NCBI GenBank assembly: GCA_023920165.1
Contig: CP089277.1
Coordinates: 620,001-684,000 of the forward strand
Source of the DNA: Curvularia clavata
Lineage: Eukaryota
Length of the DNA: 64,000 nucleotides
Direction: 5' to 3'
The position numbers and the translations under genes are program-made. Below the pieces are notes generated by a model. That model was not told the DNA's origin, made no database searches, and saw only the letters and a program-made list of their open reading frames with translations. This document shows positions 48,227 through 61,948 of this stretch, one piece after another; positions within the stretch are counted from its first letter, which is position 1, and each line of letters starts with the position of its first letter.

Positions 48227-48763
48227 GGTGAGGTGAGGAGCGACGAGACAGAAGACGCTCTTACGGCGCTTTCATGGCGGTTTGGAGCGCGCCATGGCTG
48301 CTGTTGAATGTTGTGGAGGTCGAGGAACCTCGGCAACGGATAAGCTTGCCTGGAGCAGGGTTGCCGGATTGGCTGTTAGCGTATAGTGGGGTGCAGGTTG
48401 ACGATCACCTACTTTTGAATGAGATCTTGTCATATGAAAATAAAGTAGGAACGTGGATGTTGTTGTTTTACCGCATTGCTATACCGCGTTATAAGATATC
48501 TTGCAAAATACGGGCGTAGGAGGATGGAATAGTCTCTCACCTGGCATCAGCTTGCTCAGGAGATCACACACAGTATCGGAGTGCCCAAACCACAGTACAA
48601 CAAAGATTTATGCGAATACGATTTTTAATCAAGCTTCAACCCACTGATACAATAATAACGTGAAAGAGAAGATCCAAGACATCTCCGAGACTTTTCAAAA
48701 TGCGCCACCAAGCCATCAAGGCCCAACACCTCAAAACTCACGCTCCCAACATCTATCACACTC

Positions 48764-49213
48764 CTACCACGCCCCTTCCATCAACCTCTCTATCCTCTTG
48801 GCCACAAAGCTCCCCACCGCCTTCCTGAATCTCGCCTTCCGCTTCTCCTTCTTCTCCTCTCGCACCACCCGCTTATGCCTCTCATACACATCGACCAACC
48901 ACTTCGCTGCCCCATGCTCATATCTCATCATCTCCGTCTCAATAAACAAATGCACATATCCTCCCTTAGGCTGGCTGCTCAGCACATCAAACTTGACAAT
49001 GTTGGCAAGAAGAGCGTCGATCCACTCGGGAGATTCAATCGCCCAGAGTGCTTGCACGTCGAGCTCGGTTACGGGCTCATTTTGCAGACGCGCGAGGATT
49101 TGTTGGTGGAAGGGGATGGTGTACGGGCTATTGATGGACAGGAGGTGCTGGTATGTGGATATGTCGTCGCTGATGGATGTGGGGAAGCGGGTGGTGAATG
49201 TGTGAGTGCCCAT
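48764..49213 (-). CDS. Hypothetical protein (~149 aa)
   Basis: Clean ORF with protein-like composition (IESPEWIDALLANIVKF) and a basic C-terminus. No family recognised. Confidence 0.55.
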   Translation of the reverse strand: MGTHTFTTRFPTSISDDISTYQHLLSINSPYTIPFHQQILARLQNEPVTELDVQALWAIESPEWIDALLANIVKFDVLSSQPKGGYVHLFIETEMMRYEHGAAKWLVDVYERHKRVVREEKKEKRKARFRKAVGSFVAKRIERLMEGAW

Positions 49214-49707
49214 GTTGGGGGTTTGGGTAGGATGTGCTTGCAATGAGAGATGTGAGGTATAGGCTTTTGGTGCTTGGAGTGAGATTGGAACCCTTGATTC
49301 ACTGCTTGATAGGCTTTGTGAAGGGGGAAGAAAGGTACTTTATACAGATGGGAGATGACATTGTAAAGAAAGGAACATTGGCGTTGTTTGGACAGGACAT
49401 GTGAATAAGGACTCGACGAGCAGAGATTGATCGTTGATTCGTGGAATGGGAAGCAAATGATTTTGAAAGAATTAGTGGGGGTGGATAATTCTTTGTTGAA
49501 GTCGCGGTGAAAGGTCATGCGTTGCTCTGAGGGTACTTGTAAAAGGGTTATAGGCAGTCTTCACTGCTTATCCAAGTCGCTGTCTTCATTGCTTATCCGG
49601 ATGACAGCTTTCACTGCACATCCAAACGGTACTGTACGTACTCGTGGGACACTTCTGAAGGCGGTTTCTTTCATAACAAGATTGATCTATAAAGCGCTGG
49701 GCCGACA

Positions 49708-50717
49708 TCAAGAGCCCCATCTCATCTCATACGCAAAGACCGTACGGCGCAGAAGTTCATCCTGCTAGAATTAGAAAAATCTCCAAAAGCATGAGTGAAA
49801 TCGACTTACTCCAGGGTCCTCCTCAAACATGACCTTATCCATGACCTTTTCGAACATCTTATTGACGGTGAATCCCGCATTCTTCGCCAGTTCAAAGAAC
49901 GCCATGTCCTTCTCATACAACCATGGGCGATAGGGAGAAAAGAAGACGTAGGCTCGAGATTCAGGCGACTTTTTAAGCGTCAACTCTACCGTCTTGACTA
50001 GTTTCTCATGTTCCGAGTGGTTGAAGAGAAGGTCGGCCAGAATAAGCACATCGAAGCCTGAGCCTTCAGCCAGATGCTTGGTTAGATGCTCAGTAGGTGC
50101 ACCCCATAAGTAACCCTGCGCATGTGTCAGTTGCGTCCGGTAATTTTGAATACAGCTACGAACCTCGGCCACAATCTTTGGCGGTTTAGATAGTAGTTCG
50201 CAATGGTCAATGTTGTAACGTAGATTTTCGATCAAGTCGGCATCGGGATAGTCAGTGACGACTGTTTGAGCGGCACCCTTGATGGCACAGACGAGACTTG
50301 GAAGCCCCGCCCCGGCGCCGAGTTCTAAGACCGTCCGATCCTTCAAGAGTTCATCTGCGTTTTCTTCGAAATATGTTGAAATGGTCCGTCCTGCGTTCCA
50401 TAGGAAGTGGCCCTGGATGTGTCAGTGTACATACCGGAAACGACACGAAGTTTCCATGTGTGATATGATTTTGATTGATGTTTATTATGAGCATTTCGAA
50501 TGAATCAATGTGTTTGCATCGACGAAACAATCAAGTTTCACAATATGTTTTGGAAAATCAGTCTTACCCACAATGGGTTATGTCCCACTAGCCGGACAGT
50601 TAGATCTTTTCCAGACAGCAGCCGGTGCGAGGCAAACTTTGCCTGCTCTTCTGGCTTGTAGTAATCGGCAGGCTCTTGGAAAATATCCAGCCCCTCGTCT
50701 CCAGCCTCTGACGACAT
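49708..50717 (-). CDS. EFM7: Protein N-terminal/lysine methyltransferase Efm7 (Nnt1)
   Basis: RLVGHNPLW|GHFLWNAG, VLELGAGAGLPS, TDYPD, ILADLLFNH and MFEEDPG|DE.LRRTV. Introns 50413-50567, 50116-50163 and 49762-49809. Confidence 0.92.
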
Positions 50718-52198
50718 GGTGAAAAGAAAGAAGTGACAAAGTCAATGTCTTGGCTGACCATCGAAATTCGGATAACTAGAGTGACAAGCCACAGTCAAAA
50801 GCACAGAGCACGTGCAGCACTAGCCACCGCTTTGCCCATTTGGGCAGATTTCCAGAAAGCCATAACACGTTCATGAAGTAAGGGCTTCAAACACGCCGCA
50901 CGTCCCTTGCATTATGAGGAGCTCTCCATTATACGTTTCGCGCATGTCACATTCAGCGTGTCCAGAGATTTCTAGTGACATTTGGAGCGACTCGAGTGGC
51001 GGGGGAGCTGTTGGTGGAACAACGCCGTCGGCACACACTGCGACGCCAACTCGACAAAGGATATCCCGTCCCACAGCGGCGCACATGACCATTCTGGTAT
51101 TCGTGTCCTCGACCAAGATAGGCGCTCGACATCTTCATGCGCCAACCTGATACTCGGCAGCCGCCTCCACCGTGTTGTTTCGACGGCCCCGCAAACCTTC
51201 ACCGGCACATTTGCTGACTCCACCGCCTCTATAAACAAGACGTCTTGCACGTACCCAACGTCCCCGCCCGTCTTCCTGCTTGCACATGACAGAACCGCTC
51301 GTCGGTCCGGGCTTCTTTCACACGTACCTTCCCTATCGGCCTCCGTGAAGCAACTAAGGGCCCTTAGTAAGAAACTTGCTCAACGCTAAGACACCACTCG
51401 GCACTAAACCTAATCCATGTCCCCACGACGTTCCCAACCATCCACTTCACCACATCCTCCGAGTGCCAGCCAGAGATCTCCCGCGCCTTGACGCCCTGAC
51501 CCTCAATCTGCTCATCCGCATAGCGCCCGAGTAAACGAGTGTCGTTATTTCTTTTGTGGCCTGACGGTCGGGTGCCCTACGCCACAACCCCATGCTGCAC
51601 CTAATCGGACCAGCACCAGGCAAACCAGTCCTCCTCCCCAGACTACTTTTCCTGGATCAGTTACGTATCAAGGGCTGCTATCACTAATTCTGCACCTTTT
51701 GCTGCTGTCTCACGACCTTCGGGACTACTGCCGTCCCCAGAAATAGAGTGGACCCCCGTATCGGTCCAGCCTTTTAATGCTGTGTAAAAGTCGCTGTTGC
51801 CGCACCAAACACCGCTCCGCAGTTGGACTTTATCGGCAATTTTCAGGGTCGTCGGCTATCCGCTCACCCAGAGCTGGACCCTTAGCAAATCGCATAAGCC
51901 AGGTCCGATCTGGCACCTAAATCAACCTCACGTCTGGACAGCTACAGCTGACCACAGTCGAGCCCATTGGCTGCCCCAGTCGACAAGGGTCCCTCAGGAA
52001 GCGCTCTTGCTCGCCACACGCCACTGTACCCCTCTGTTGCCCGTCTCCACGTGCCTGGGGCACGGAAAAGGCTGGACATTCCGTCTTTCCAACCCACCAG
52101 CAACCTTTTGCTCCTTACTACCGGATCCACGGCCTTACTGGTAATTGCCTGCGGCAGGCCGAGCATATTTTCTTTCAACTTACTGGAACCCCCGCATC

Positions 52199-54000
52199 AT
52201 GTGGGCCGAAGTCAACGGGGAGCGTAAGAAGGTCGCCTGGTAAGTTCTCATATTCCAGCTTTCGCGCGATACCGCTTTTTCATCGCCAACTCCGCTTGTG
52301 TGACTTGTCACACACCCGCAGCGCATGCGCTCTCTCAACCCTTCGAGTATGCAGCGTTCTCCCGTTCAGGCGCGCAGAGCACTCTTCCACAGTACCCCAT
52401 CCACCATGTTGAGACACTAACATTCTGTAGCGGCCCGTGTATCCGTGGCCATCGCTCCTCGAAATGCGACCATAGGGACAGAGTACTGGTCGAAGTTCGA
52501 AAGCCTGGTCGACCTTTGAGTAGCTGCCCGCATCCAACTGGCTCTTGTAGCTGTGAACGGGTTGTTATAAATTATACGATCCCCAAAGCTTCGCAATGCG
52601 CCTGTCCCTCCGAACGGGAAGCACCAACAGCTACCGTGGTTGGAAATAGTCGAATCTCAAAGGGTAGACGCAAATCAACAGCAGTCACTCCTTTCTACCT
52701 GGACAAGGCTATTCGGGCTGGTCTAGATACCGAAACGGACACTTCTTCCAGCACACAAGCTCCTTCTGAGACAAGCGGTAGCAACGCTCCTTCATTGCCA
52801 TCAAGTGCAAGCTCAACACCCCGTTTACTTCCTGCGCAAAACGAGTCCATTTCAAGCTGTTGTAAGCCAAAGCAGGAACCAAAACAGGCTCCCACGCCGA
52901 TTCAGGCAGGAGGATGCTGTGGTAGCAAAAATAAACCGGCTCCAGAACCACCAATAGTACAGAAAAAGTCTTGCTGCTCTGGAACCCCCAAGAAAGCCGC
53001 TCCCACCTATCAGCCGAATGGCTATCCACCTCTTGGACCACAATTTCAATATCCGGCACAAACTCAAGGAATGATACCACAATACCAAATACCTCATCCC
53101 GCGAATTTACCATCAAATACACCGAACCCCTTTGGTCTTGGCACTCCGATTTACAATCATGCAGCAGCGGCTTATCATCAAAACAGTTCGATACCAATGA
53201 GCCCCGGAGCAAACGCGTTCATGTCGCCGAATATGACCACTTCTCCCGTCAACCAACATGCCCCAGATCACAACTGTCACTGTGGCGAATCATGTAGCTG
53301 TTTCGGATGCGCAGCACATCCGAACAATGCTACTATGATGGAATACGTCAGGGTTATGGCTCATTTCCAATATACCGGCGGATTTGGGGGAATGGCGCCA
53401 CCTCTATATGACATGCCGGTATATCCTCATCAACCAGGGTACGGCGCTGAAGCAGGTCAAAGAATGAGCTACGACTCAATGCCACAAGGCATGACGACAC
53501 CTACCCAAACACAAATGAGCTCACAGACTGGTCTAGACTCGCCGACTAGACGCAACCAATCCATATCAATACCTGGAGACTGGCAACAGCCGCTGACTGC
53601 AATGCACGATCTATCTCAGGCTTCGTTCTTGGGAAACATTGATTATGCAAACTCCAATGCTATCAACGAGAACCACCCACCTCTGAAGCTGAAGAGAGAG
53701 GACATGACCGACACATCGGCTGCAGATAGCCCCAAGGATGAAGACACTCCTACGCTTTCGCCATCTTCGTTCTTCTGGAATGAGATGACTTTGCCAGGAT
53801 GCTCAGATGCCTCCGGTACATGCCAATGTGGGGATGGATGCGCGTGTGTGGGCTGCCTAACACATGGGGGCCACACTGGCGAGCAGCTCGAAGACCTCTC
53901 GACTTCAGAACAAACCAGCTTTCCCGATTTCGCACCAAACCTCAGCTTCAACATGAACAGTCCAACAAATTTCCTGGGTTTTACAGCAGGTCCCAGTTGA
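52199..54000 (+). CDS. Copper-fist transcription factor (Ace1/Mac1/GRISEA family)
   Basis: MWAEVNGERKKVAC|GPCIRGHRSSKCDH...KPGRP (intron 52240-52430), CC clusters and two CxCxxxCxCxxCxxH motifs. Confidence 0.92.
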
Positions 54001-55161
54001 ATTGGTTAAGCGCCGGGTGCGCAGGTTTTGGTGGCAGAAATGCTTTGAGATTTCCCAAATCTCCTCTTCATGAAATTCGAAAATTGGACATACCACCTTT
54101 CTAGTTTTCAGTAATCGATGCCTCCTTACTCAGACGAAAATCGCCGAGAGACCGCATTTCATTGCGAGCAGGAAAGCTACAAAACATGGTACGGGACAGA
54201 CTCTATCCAAGACGTCTACTTTCAATCTCTCGGCCAAACAGCTTTCTCCAGCTTAGCATGAAACCCGGAATCTTTGGCATGGCAAAGCATAAGAATTGGG
54301 CTTGATCCTTGGACGATTAGAGTAACCATCTCTCTCCTCTCATTTCTGCCCGATTAGTTTATTTTGTTTCTTCCTGTACATGTTTGCAAGTCACGCTGCT
54401 TAAAGTGACTCACAAATTCGTCTGCTATGCATATGGTAGGGAGGGCTTTGTACGCGATGCCGTTTTTGGTATGCCGGGATGGCTTTGCGGTGGGCTTGCG
54501 TTTTGTTTGCTTCATGTCCTTCATAACGATACGATACCCTGCGCATTAGGCGCGAGACTAGGGAGGCCGGGCCTGCTGCTGCCTTGTTCTTTTCGAACAC
54601 ATGGTTGATATCCTGCATCCTAAATATTGACTCTTCTGTTGCCTTTTCTTTTTCCGAATTTGTGTAGCTTCGCTGTACGTGCTATTCCTATTTGTTGAAG
54701 TGGAATTGTGGAAAAGTAGCTTATCATTGTCACACTCGACGTTAGAGGCCCTATCAAAAGTCACCGCCTTACTGACCACCAGCGATCGAAAGCCATCTCT
54801 TGTATCCGAACCCCGCTGCCAAATTGCTTGTCATTTGTGCTTGTGACTAGCCATAGAAAGCCCTTGTAGAAGAGAAAATACTTTGTATACAGATATGAAA
54901 TCTGCCTATTTGTGATCACTGGTCAGAAATTTTTCGGACTTCCAAGACATCATCTCAAAATAGCCTCTCATCGTCTCGTGTAACTTTCGAATGATTGAAA
55001 GCATAGACCAGGAATAAATGAGCCCGACGGGTGGATGATGTGGTAGTCGTAAAAGGCGGAACAAATGTTTGAAGAAAAAGTGAAACTCTAGTGACGATTC
55101 GAAGGAGAAAGGTAAGAGGCCGTGAGGGTATCAAGCCCATGATCCGAAGAAACCCTGACCA

Positions 55162-56674
55162 TTATGATCCTTCGGAAAGGATGATAGTGAGATCGCCGTG
55201 AATAATGGCTGCCTGGAGTAGGGGTTAGTTCACTGCAGAGAATAATGCCAAGGCAACCTACGGTGCAACCGCGATTTGGATCTTCCCAACATTGATCGCC
55301 CTCACACCACTGATTGGAGGCGCTCTTGTACCTGCATGCCGAAATGACACCGTCTCCAGTGAACGTGATATCATATCCGAGTCGTTCTTCCTTGCATAGC
55401 TCGTTTTGCTTCAAGCTAGAGAAGCCTTGTTGCATAGGACCGTCATCGTATGAAGTGCCGAAGACTGCAGGAGCCCAGTTACCTTTGCCTCCCATCTCCT
55501 TGCCCCAGGTACAGGCCTCGCTTTCGGGCACACCTTGCTTGTTAACATAGTACTGGGCCGAGGTTCTTCTACCCTCCCAGAAGAAATACTTCAGCTGGTC
55601 AGGGTTGGCAAGGAAACCGGTTTGGCCTGGCCTAACAGTGACGGGAAAGGTCATTGATTCAGTGCCTATCCATGTCAGAATTCATTCGCCTTCGCAGCAA
55701 GATGACATACCTGGGTAATCGGTACGACAGAATGATACTGTCTGCGAAAGATTGTTCTGTACCTTGACATACATGTGCGTAGAGCCTTGTACACACAATG
55801 TGTTGGCAATCTTGCCGTCGGCCATCTCAAGATAGCCGGCCTTGTTGCAGTATAGGCCACCAACGGTTTGCCCATGTCTTCCTTGAACGGATGGGAAGGA
55901 GGCTTTGAGATATGGGTTTGGACAACCGTACGAGCAGTAGCTCCCTGGCGTACAGCAGGTGCCGTCCGAACATGAACCTGAGGCGACAGTCTTAATGTCA
56001 TCGAAGCCGTCCGAACCTACATATTGCGGCTCTTGTATTCCCGACCATCCACCTAGGCCTTCATGAGTGATAGGAAATGCGCCGTAACCATGGGGAAATT
56101 GAGTGCATGGGATCAGACCGTCCGGAAACTCCCTGTCGCATTCATCACAATGACCATTCTTGTCCACCAGGCGGCCAGCCCAAACGCTTGACGAGGTGTC
56201 TGACAGTTGTATATTTGATGCATCTGGAGGAGCTATATTGTTTGGTAGAACTTCTGCCACATGCCCATCAGGCTCGGATTGGGAAGTTGCAACAGTCTCT
56301 ATCATGTCAATTGCGAATGCTTCGTCCTGCGTCTTGTCATCAGATGCTGAATCTGAAGTAAGCTCAGCGGTTTGTGTTCCATCAGATATCGGGGGAGCAG
56401 TGAACGCCGCAACTGGTGCAGCGGGCGTCGTTAACAAGACGTTGCCCGGTCCCCATATCAAAGTACCATTGGTGATACCCTCGCGAACCTCTTCTTCGGA
56501 AATGGCATGGTCGTTGAGCCAATACACAATTTGAGTTTCAGTTGCGACCGGAGCATCAGCGACGCCGCGTTTGACTGGACTATAAGGGTGAACCTGACGG
56601 TGCAGACGATGCGGCTTGGCCGATACAACTACGGCAATTGCGATGGCAGCGATGATGTACTGAATCATCCTCAT
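55162..56674 (-). CDS. SUN-family (GH132-like) secreted cell-wall protein
   Basis: Signal peptide, FPDGLIPC, LGGWSGIQ, YCSYGC, VGGLYC, CRTDYPG|TES, SAQYYVN and GNWAP. Introns 55666-55710 and 55213-55261. Confidence 0.9.
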
Positions 56675-58513
56675 GGTCGGATTTTGTTCTCAGGAGATGC
56701 TCTTGCGACAGTGGGCTAACAATCCTAGCCTTTGTAAGCTAGTTCTGCAGTGAAGTTTGATAGCATGGCACAACGAACCTATCCCGTTTCTCGAAAAGCA
56801 CCTCTGTCAGACGCTCAGTTCTTTTGCTTGAAAATAGGTGCTGGTTTGCCTCAACCTTGGTTGGACGTGAGTGTGCAGGTGTGAAGCGTGGAAGTATACT
56901 GGGGATGCTTAAAGAGTGAAATGGAGATGGCGCTCCAGGTGTGAGCACGGAATAATGGCTTTCAAGAAGTGAAGCAGTCGGCCCAGATCTCGATGCTGGT
57001 TTCTGATCAGGACGTGTAGGGTGTTGCAAGCGTGAACGGAAGAAGAGCGTTTGCTCAAACCGATGCGCCAAGACCGGTTTCTCTAGCGGGCGACTCTGCT
57101 TGCGTGGGAAGGAGCAATGGGTTGAGTGACGTGACGTAGGTATGCGCCACCACTTCTACTGCAACCAATACCAAACTGTCGGCTGTTGAGTGGAAAGGAG
57201 CGTTGAACGTGAAAAAAACAGTTGCACAACGCAGACAGGTGAAGAGCGAGAGGCTGATGCAGTAATGACTGAGATGGAAATGGAAAGGAGCAGACTCCAG
57301 TGTAGTTACCCCCATATCAGTTTCTTGATATACTTAGCTACACTTGTGACACCATTGCATCAGGTACGTATTCAAAATTTCGGACTGTGCCACCGCCGTG
57401 TACCCATCTCTTGATCGTGAACTCATATCAGCAGACTCGAGAGTAAGAGATAGCTAGGAGCCAGTTAACATGCAAGGGATGAACCAATTCGTTGGTGTAC
57501 CATATAAAGGCTATATTTCATTATACGAGTTGGTTCTTTTTTGGGAGTTTTGTGTAACATTCCCCTATGGCCGGCCACAGGCACGCATATCCCACGAGCG
57601 TGGAATGTGGTACCACTAACAATGGTGGTCAAGCTATCATCCCTAATAGTCTGTGTTGTTGTAACAGCATTTCATGGTTCGTTGTTGGTGAGCGCAATAT
57701 CCATCTTGCCCGTCAAATTAGATAATGCCAATACGCTTCCGCTATTGGATCAGCGTCTGGATATATCTGTTCAAATTACAGAAGGACAATAAATCTCAAG
57801 CAAAGAGTCAGCACTTTTCATGATAGCAGCACATGATGACATGTTCTGAACTTACACTTAGCTTCGAAAGAACGTGGTATTTGTGCGGGCTTGGCATATG
57901 GGTGTGCTGTACAGCTCTACCCTGCTTTGGCTGAGAGGCTGACCAATCACTTAGAAAGACATTCAAATTCGGGTCACAATTACACTGTGCATGCAATCAG
58001 TACTACGTGTTTAGAAGACCAACAGGTTCCGCAAAGCTCGTATTTTTATGTAGCGTTGTTATCATGTTACACAAAGCCTAGGCATCTACTGTGTCGGGTA
58101 GCTCCGCGTTGTGGAATCTCTTGCCATTGGACAAGGCAAGATAAGATAGAAGGTGAGGACGCTTAGGCAACGAACATGAACAGAGGTGTGTGGTTGAGAG
58201 AAGCGTTCTAACACTAATTTTGCAGACCCACATGTTCGTCCTCCACACAAATGCAGGGCGGACAGGGGTAGGTCCATCAGGCGCGCCACCGCTACTACAG
58301 CATACATATCTACCTGTATATCTCGTGACACACAAATATTTGTATGGGAATCATTATGTTCAAGTAATGATAGGTTTTCAGATATGTACAAACTACCGAG
58401 CCGTCTTGACGATAGTATACACCTTTTTCCTTATCCCCTTAACCTTCATGGTACGATTGGCCACCACCCAATCAGAAGGTGCTCATTTCCTGGACTGCTA
58501 CCAGGCAAGTAGC

Positions 58514-61083
58514 CTAGACTTGTTGAATATAGTTTGCTGGAACACTGCGTACCACGCCATCTTTTTCGACGTCTGCCCATCCATCACCAGCGTCCATGTT
58601 GATGAGCACGAACCGGTCCCCTTCAGACATGGAGTGCTCGACATCAGTTTGCGCCGTGTAATCGTATAGCGCTTCGACGTATTTCAGCTTCTTTGCGCCG
58701 CGTTTGGGTGCTACAGCCGGACCCTTCTTCTTAACAGGGGCACCCGAGTTCAGGTTTGTCGTCGACGCCGAAGACGCTGAGTATGTAGAATCCGGGCGTG
58801 CTGATGAGAATGTCGACGCTGTAGTGGGTGGGGTTGCTGCTATAGTCTCCACATATGCTGCAGGAACAAGACCTTCCTTGAAACCAGCGCGAACCTTGAT
58901 CCATCCAGATCCGTCTGTGTATCAATGGATTAGTGAATTGAACACAAGGGTGGATTGCAACAAACATACCATCAGGTTCCAGTATAGTCACGTCGGTGCC
59001 CTCGGCCACGGTTAATTCGCCATCGCCATTTTCCTGGTATGCATATAGCATCCTACCCTTTGGTTCAGCAGATTTCGGCGCCGGAGCAGGAACATCGTCA
59101 TCAGCTTTGATGTACTGCGCAGGTGGGGGTGCAACCATTCGGTTCCTCCTAGGACCAGGTGCTGGTGCCGCTGCTTTCTTTTCTGCAACTGGGGCTTCCT
59201 CGGCAGTCGGTGACATGCCAGATATTGATCGATGTGCGGTCGCTGAGTAGCCAGAGCTTAGAGTGTTCATCGAATTGACTGTGTCACTTCTTCCTAATCT
59301 GGGCATGTCCGCACTGGAGCTTGTTGCGGTGCCATTTGTTGCGGTCACAGTATGCGCGGCTTTTTGTCGCTCTTCCTTCAGCTTTTTCCTCTCTTCTTTG
59401 CTCTGTTCTCCAGGACAGTCTGCGGGGACCTTCATCTCACACTTACTATGGCACGTGTATCCACAGTCCTTGCAATCGAAGCCTTTTGCAGACAGACCCC
59501 ATATACGATCTCCGCAAAGATCGCAATTCGTAGGAATCTTGAATGTTTGAGACTTAAAGTTGTGGTTCCTCGCGCCAATGCTGAGGTCACCAACGACTGA
59601 GGTAATAGTCGAGACTTCGACTTCAGCCGTCACTTTCTGACGCTCAACTTCGTGCATCGCTTCCTGTATCGCGAAGATTGCGCGAACAACCTCCACCTCA
59701 TCTCTTTTGTCCTTTCCTTCCCTTATGTTTTTCCGTACTGTCTTAGCATTCTCTACCTCCTTACGCTTTTTATCCAGCTCCCGTTTGTGTTCCCCCAGCG
59801 AAGACTTTGACTTGGTAAGCACGTTGCGTAGGAAGATTGTTGCGGACTCGTCGACTGCGATATTACTGTCATCAAGCCATACAGGACTGGGCTCGAATTG
59901 GAAGTCGCCGGGCTCCTGCCATGGTCCGGCATTGTGGCGTACGAACATCATAGAGTCAAGTAAAGGGTTGTTACGCGGAATCTCGCCAGCCAAGTGCTTC
60001 ATGTACTCGACACTTCGAGTAAGCGTTTGCGTTTCGATGTCCGCAGCGAGCGACCATATAGCATTTAGTTTGTGGACTCGCGTTTCAGAAAGATCTTGTA
60101 AACTCTGTGACGGTCAATAGGGTGCCAATATATCTGTGGTGGTACTCACGTCTAGCAGTTCCGGGACATATTCGTGGTAGTACATCTCCTTTTGCTTGTT
60201 GGTCACATTGATGCTGATTAAGTAGGTGTTCTGCATAGTGTCAGCGACGGAAATACCAGGGGCTAATAAATGCGCGTACTTTGACGTTGCGCATTTCGAC
60301 TTGTTGCTGCTCGAAGGCGTTGCGTGCCTTGGCTTTGCCATGGTCGAACGCACTGTCGACCTTCTTGCGCCGGCTCTCGACCTCCTGACAGACGCTGTCG
60401 TATTTGCCCTTTTGCTTGCGCAATTCGGCATATTGATTGTCGCGCTCCTTTTCCAACTTGGCTGCGTAGTCTCCATGCAGTTTACGCAACTCCTCGGTTC
60501 TTGTGCCGAGGACTTTGAGCGGATCGGCGAGTTGGGTGATAAGCGCTCCAGCGAATTGTTCATGTTCGGCTGCGCGAGACTCGAGGGTGCTTAGCTGGAC
60601 CCCCCATGTGGTCATGGAAGCGCTAGGTACTGTTGTTAGTTAGTTTACATGTGGTAGGAGCAGCACCCGTACCTCTCCAAAGAGCCTGGCGTGACCGTGG
60701 GTGTGTCGCCGACGCTCAAACTGCTTTGCTTCTTGGCCTTCTTTTCATAGTACTTCTTAGCCAATGCGCTGAGCTTTGCCGAGTACTCTTTCTCTATCGC
60801 ACTTCGTTCTCGGTAGAACTGCTGTATATCATCAAGCCAGGAGATGCCGCCAGAGACCTGCAGCCTTCGCATCAGCAACAGGAAGCGCAAACCTCACAAC
60901 TCGTACGGTCGACGTGTTCGTGGGGTGAACATGCGGGATCGTGCAGGCGACAAACATACCCAAGCGTTGACCGACTTGAAGCCGTCCTAGAGATCTTGAT
61001 CAGCACATGCGCGGTGGTGCGGCACAGACTGGTCGGCATACCTTGAGTTCAGCGCCAAACTGGGGCGCAATATCGACATCCAT
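58514..61083 (-). CDS. BZZ1: F-BAR, C1 and dual SH3 actin/endocytosis protein Bzz1
   Basis: FGAELKD, F-BAR FYRERSAIEKEY, C1 HNFK...CDLC...CKDCGYTCHSKC and two SH3 domains. Introns 60987-61041, 60858-60959, 60623-60672, 60231-60279, 60105-60149 and 58915-58969. Confidence 0.93.
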
Positions 61084-61948
61084 GATTTCCGGGGAGCTAC
61101 GGGTCGAAGGGTGCAAGAGCGGAGATTGGCGACCCAGACATAGAGGGTGAGAGACGTCTAGGGCGAAGACGGAGAGGACTACGCGGACAGTATGTACAAG
61201 GTGTCTTGGTTACGGGATGCCCAAGAGTGGGGCAGGAGGAATGCCAGGAGGAGGCGGTGCTCGTGCCGGGCTGGGAAAGCCGGGATCAGTTCCGATGACG
61301 TTGTTGCAACCGTGTTGTATTGTTGCAGCGTTGCGGGTAGTAATGTACTGGTACTGTGCAGTCAAGGGTAGCTGGCGCACACGAGACGATGCCGTTGTAT
61401 TCGCAACCAGGGCATAGAAGTGGCTGGCCTTTACTCTATGGCGCCCGCCCACCTAGGCTCATACGATAGCTGCCTACTCCGGGGCTCTCCCACAACCAGC
61501 AACCGGAACATCAACACGAGCTCGCCTACAATCAATGAATGCCTGTGACAAATGCAACTACTTTTAGAAGTAGAGTTGCAAGTACTAAGGACACAGGAAA
61601 CAATGACAAGTAACTGTGCCAACTACAGCTCCTTTTAAACGTCGTTACTAGAATGCCATTTCCGGTCTCCCCAGTCGTGGGAGAGCAGTGCGGGCGCGCG
61701 CTCCGAATCCGGCTAGCGCCATAGCCCCGCCAAAAGCTGCTTGCTCGAGCCTACAATTTCCAGCGCAGTACGGTGCACATAACAATACCAACAGCTTATT
61801 CTTCCAGTCGCGTGCGCCGCCACACATTCCAGCCGCACCGCACCGCCTGCCACACAATAAACACTCAGTCTACACAGAAGCATCCTACCCGCCAGGCCAC
61901 GGCTTTTGTCAACTTCACCGCCCACGTCGCGACTACGAGACAACTACC

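Noticed and set aside
56700..58500. Several short overlapping ORFs upstream of the SUN gene
   Set aside because: No coding-like composition or motifs. Consistent with a long promoter and the BZZ1 3' UTR.
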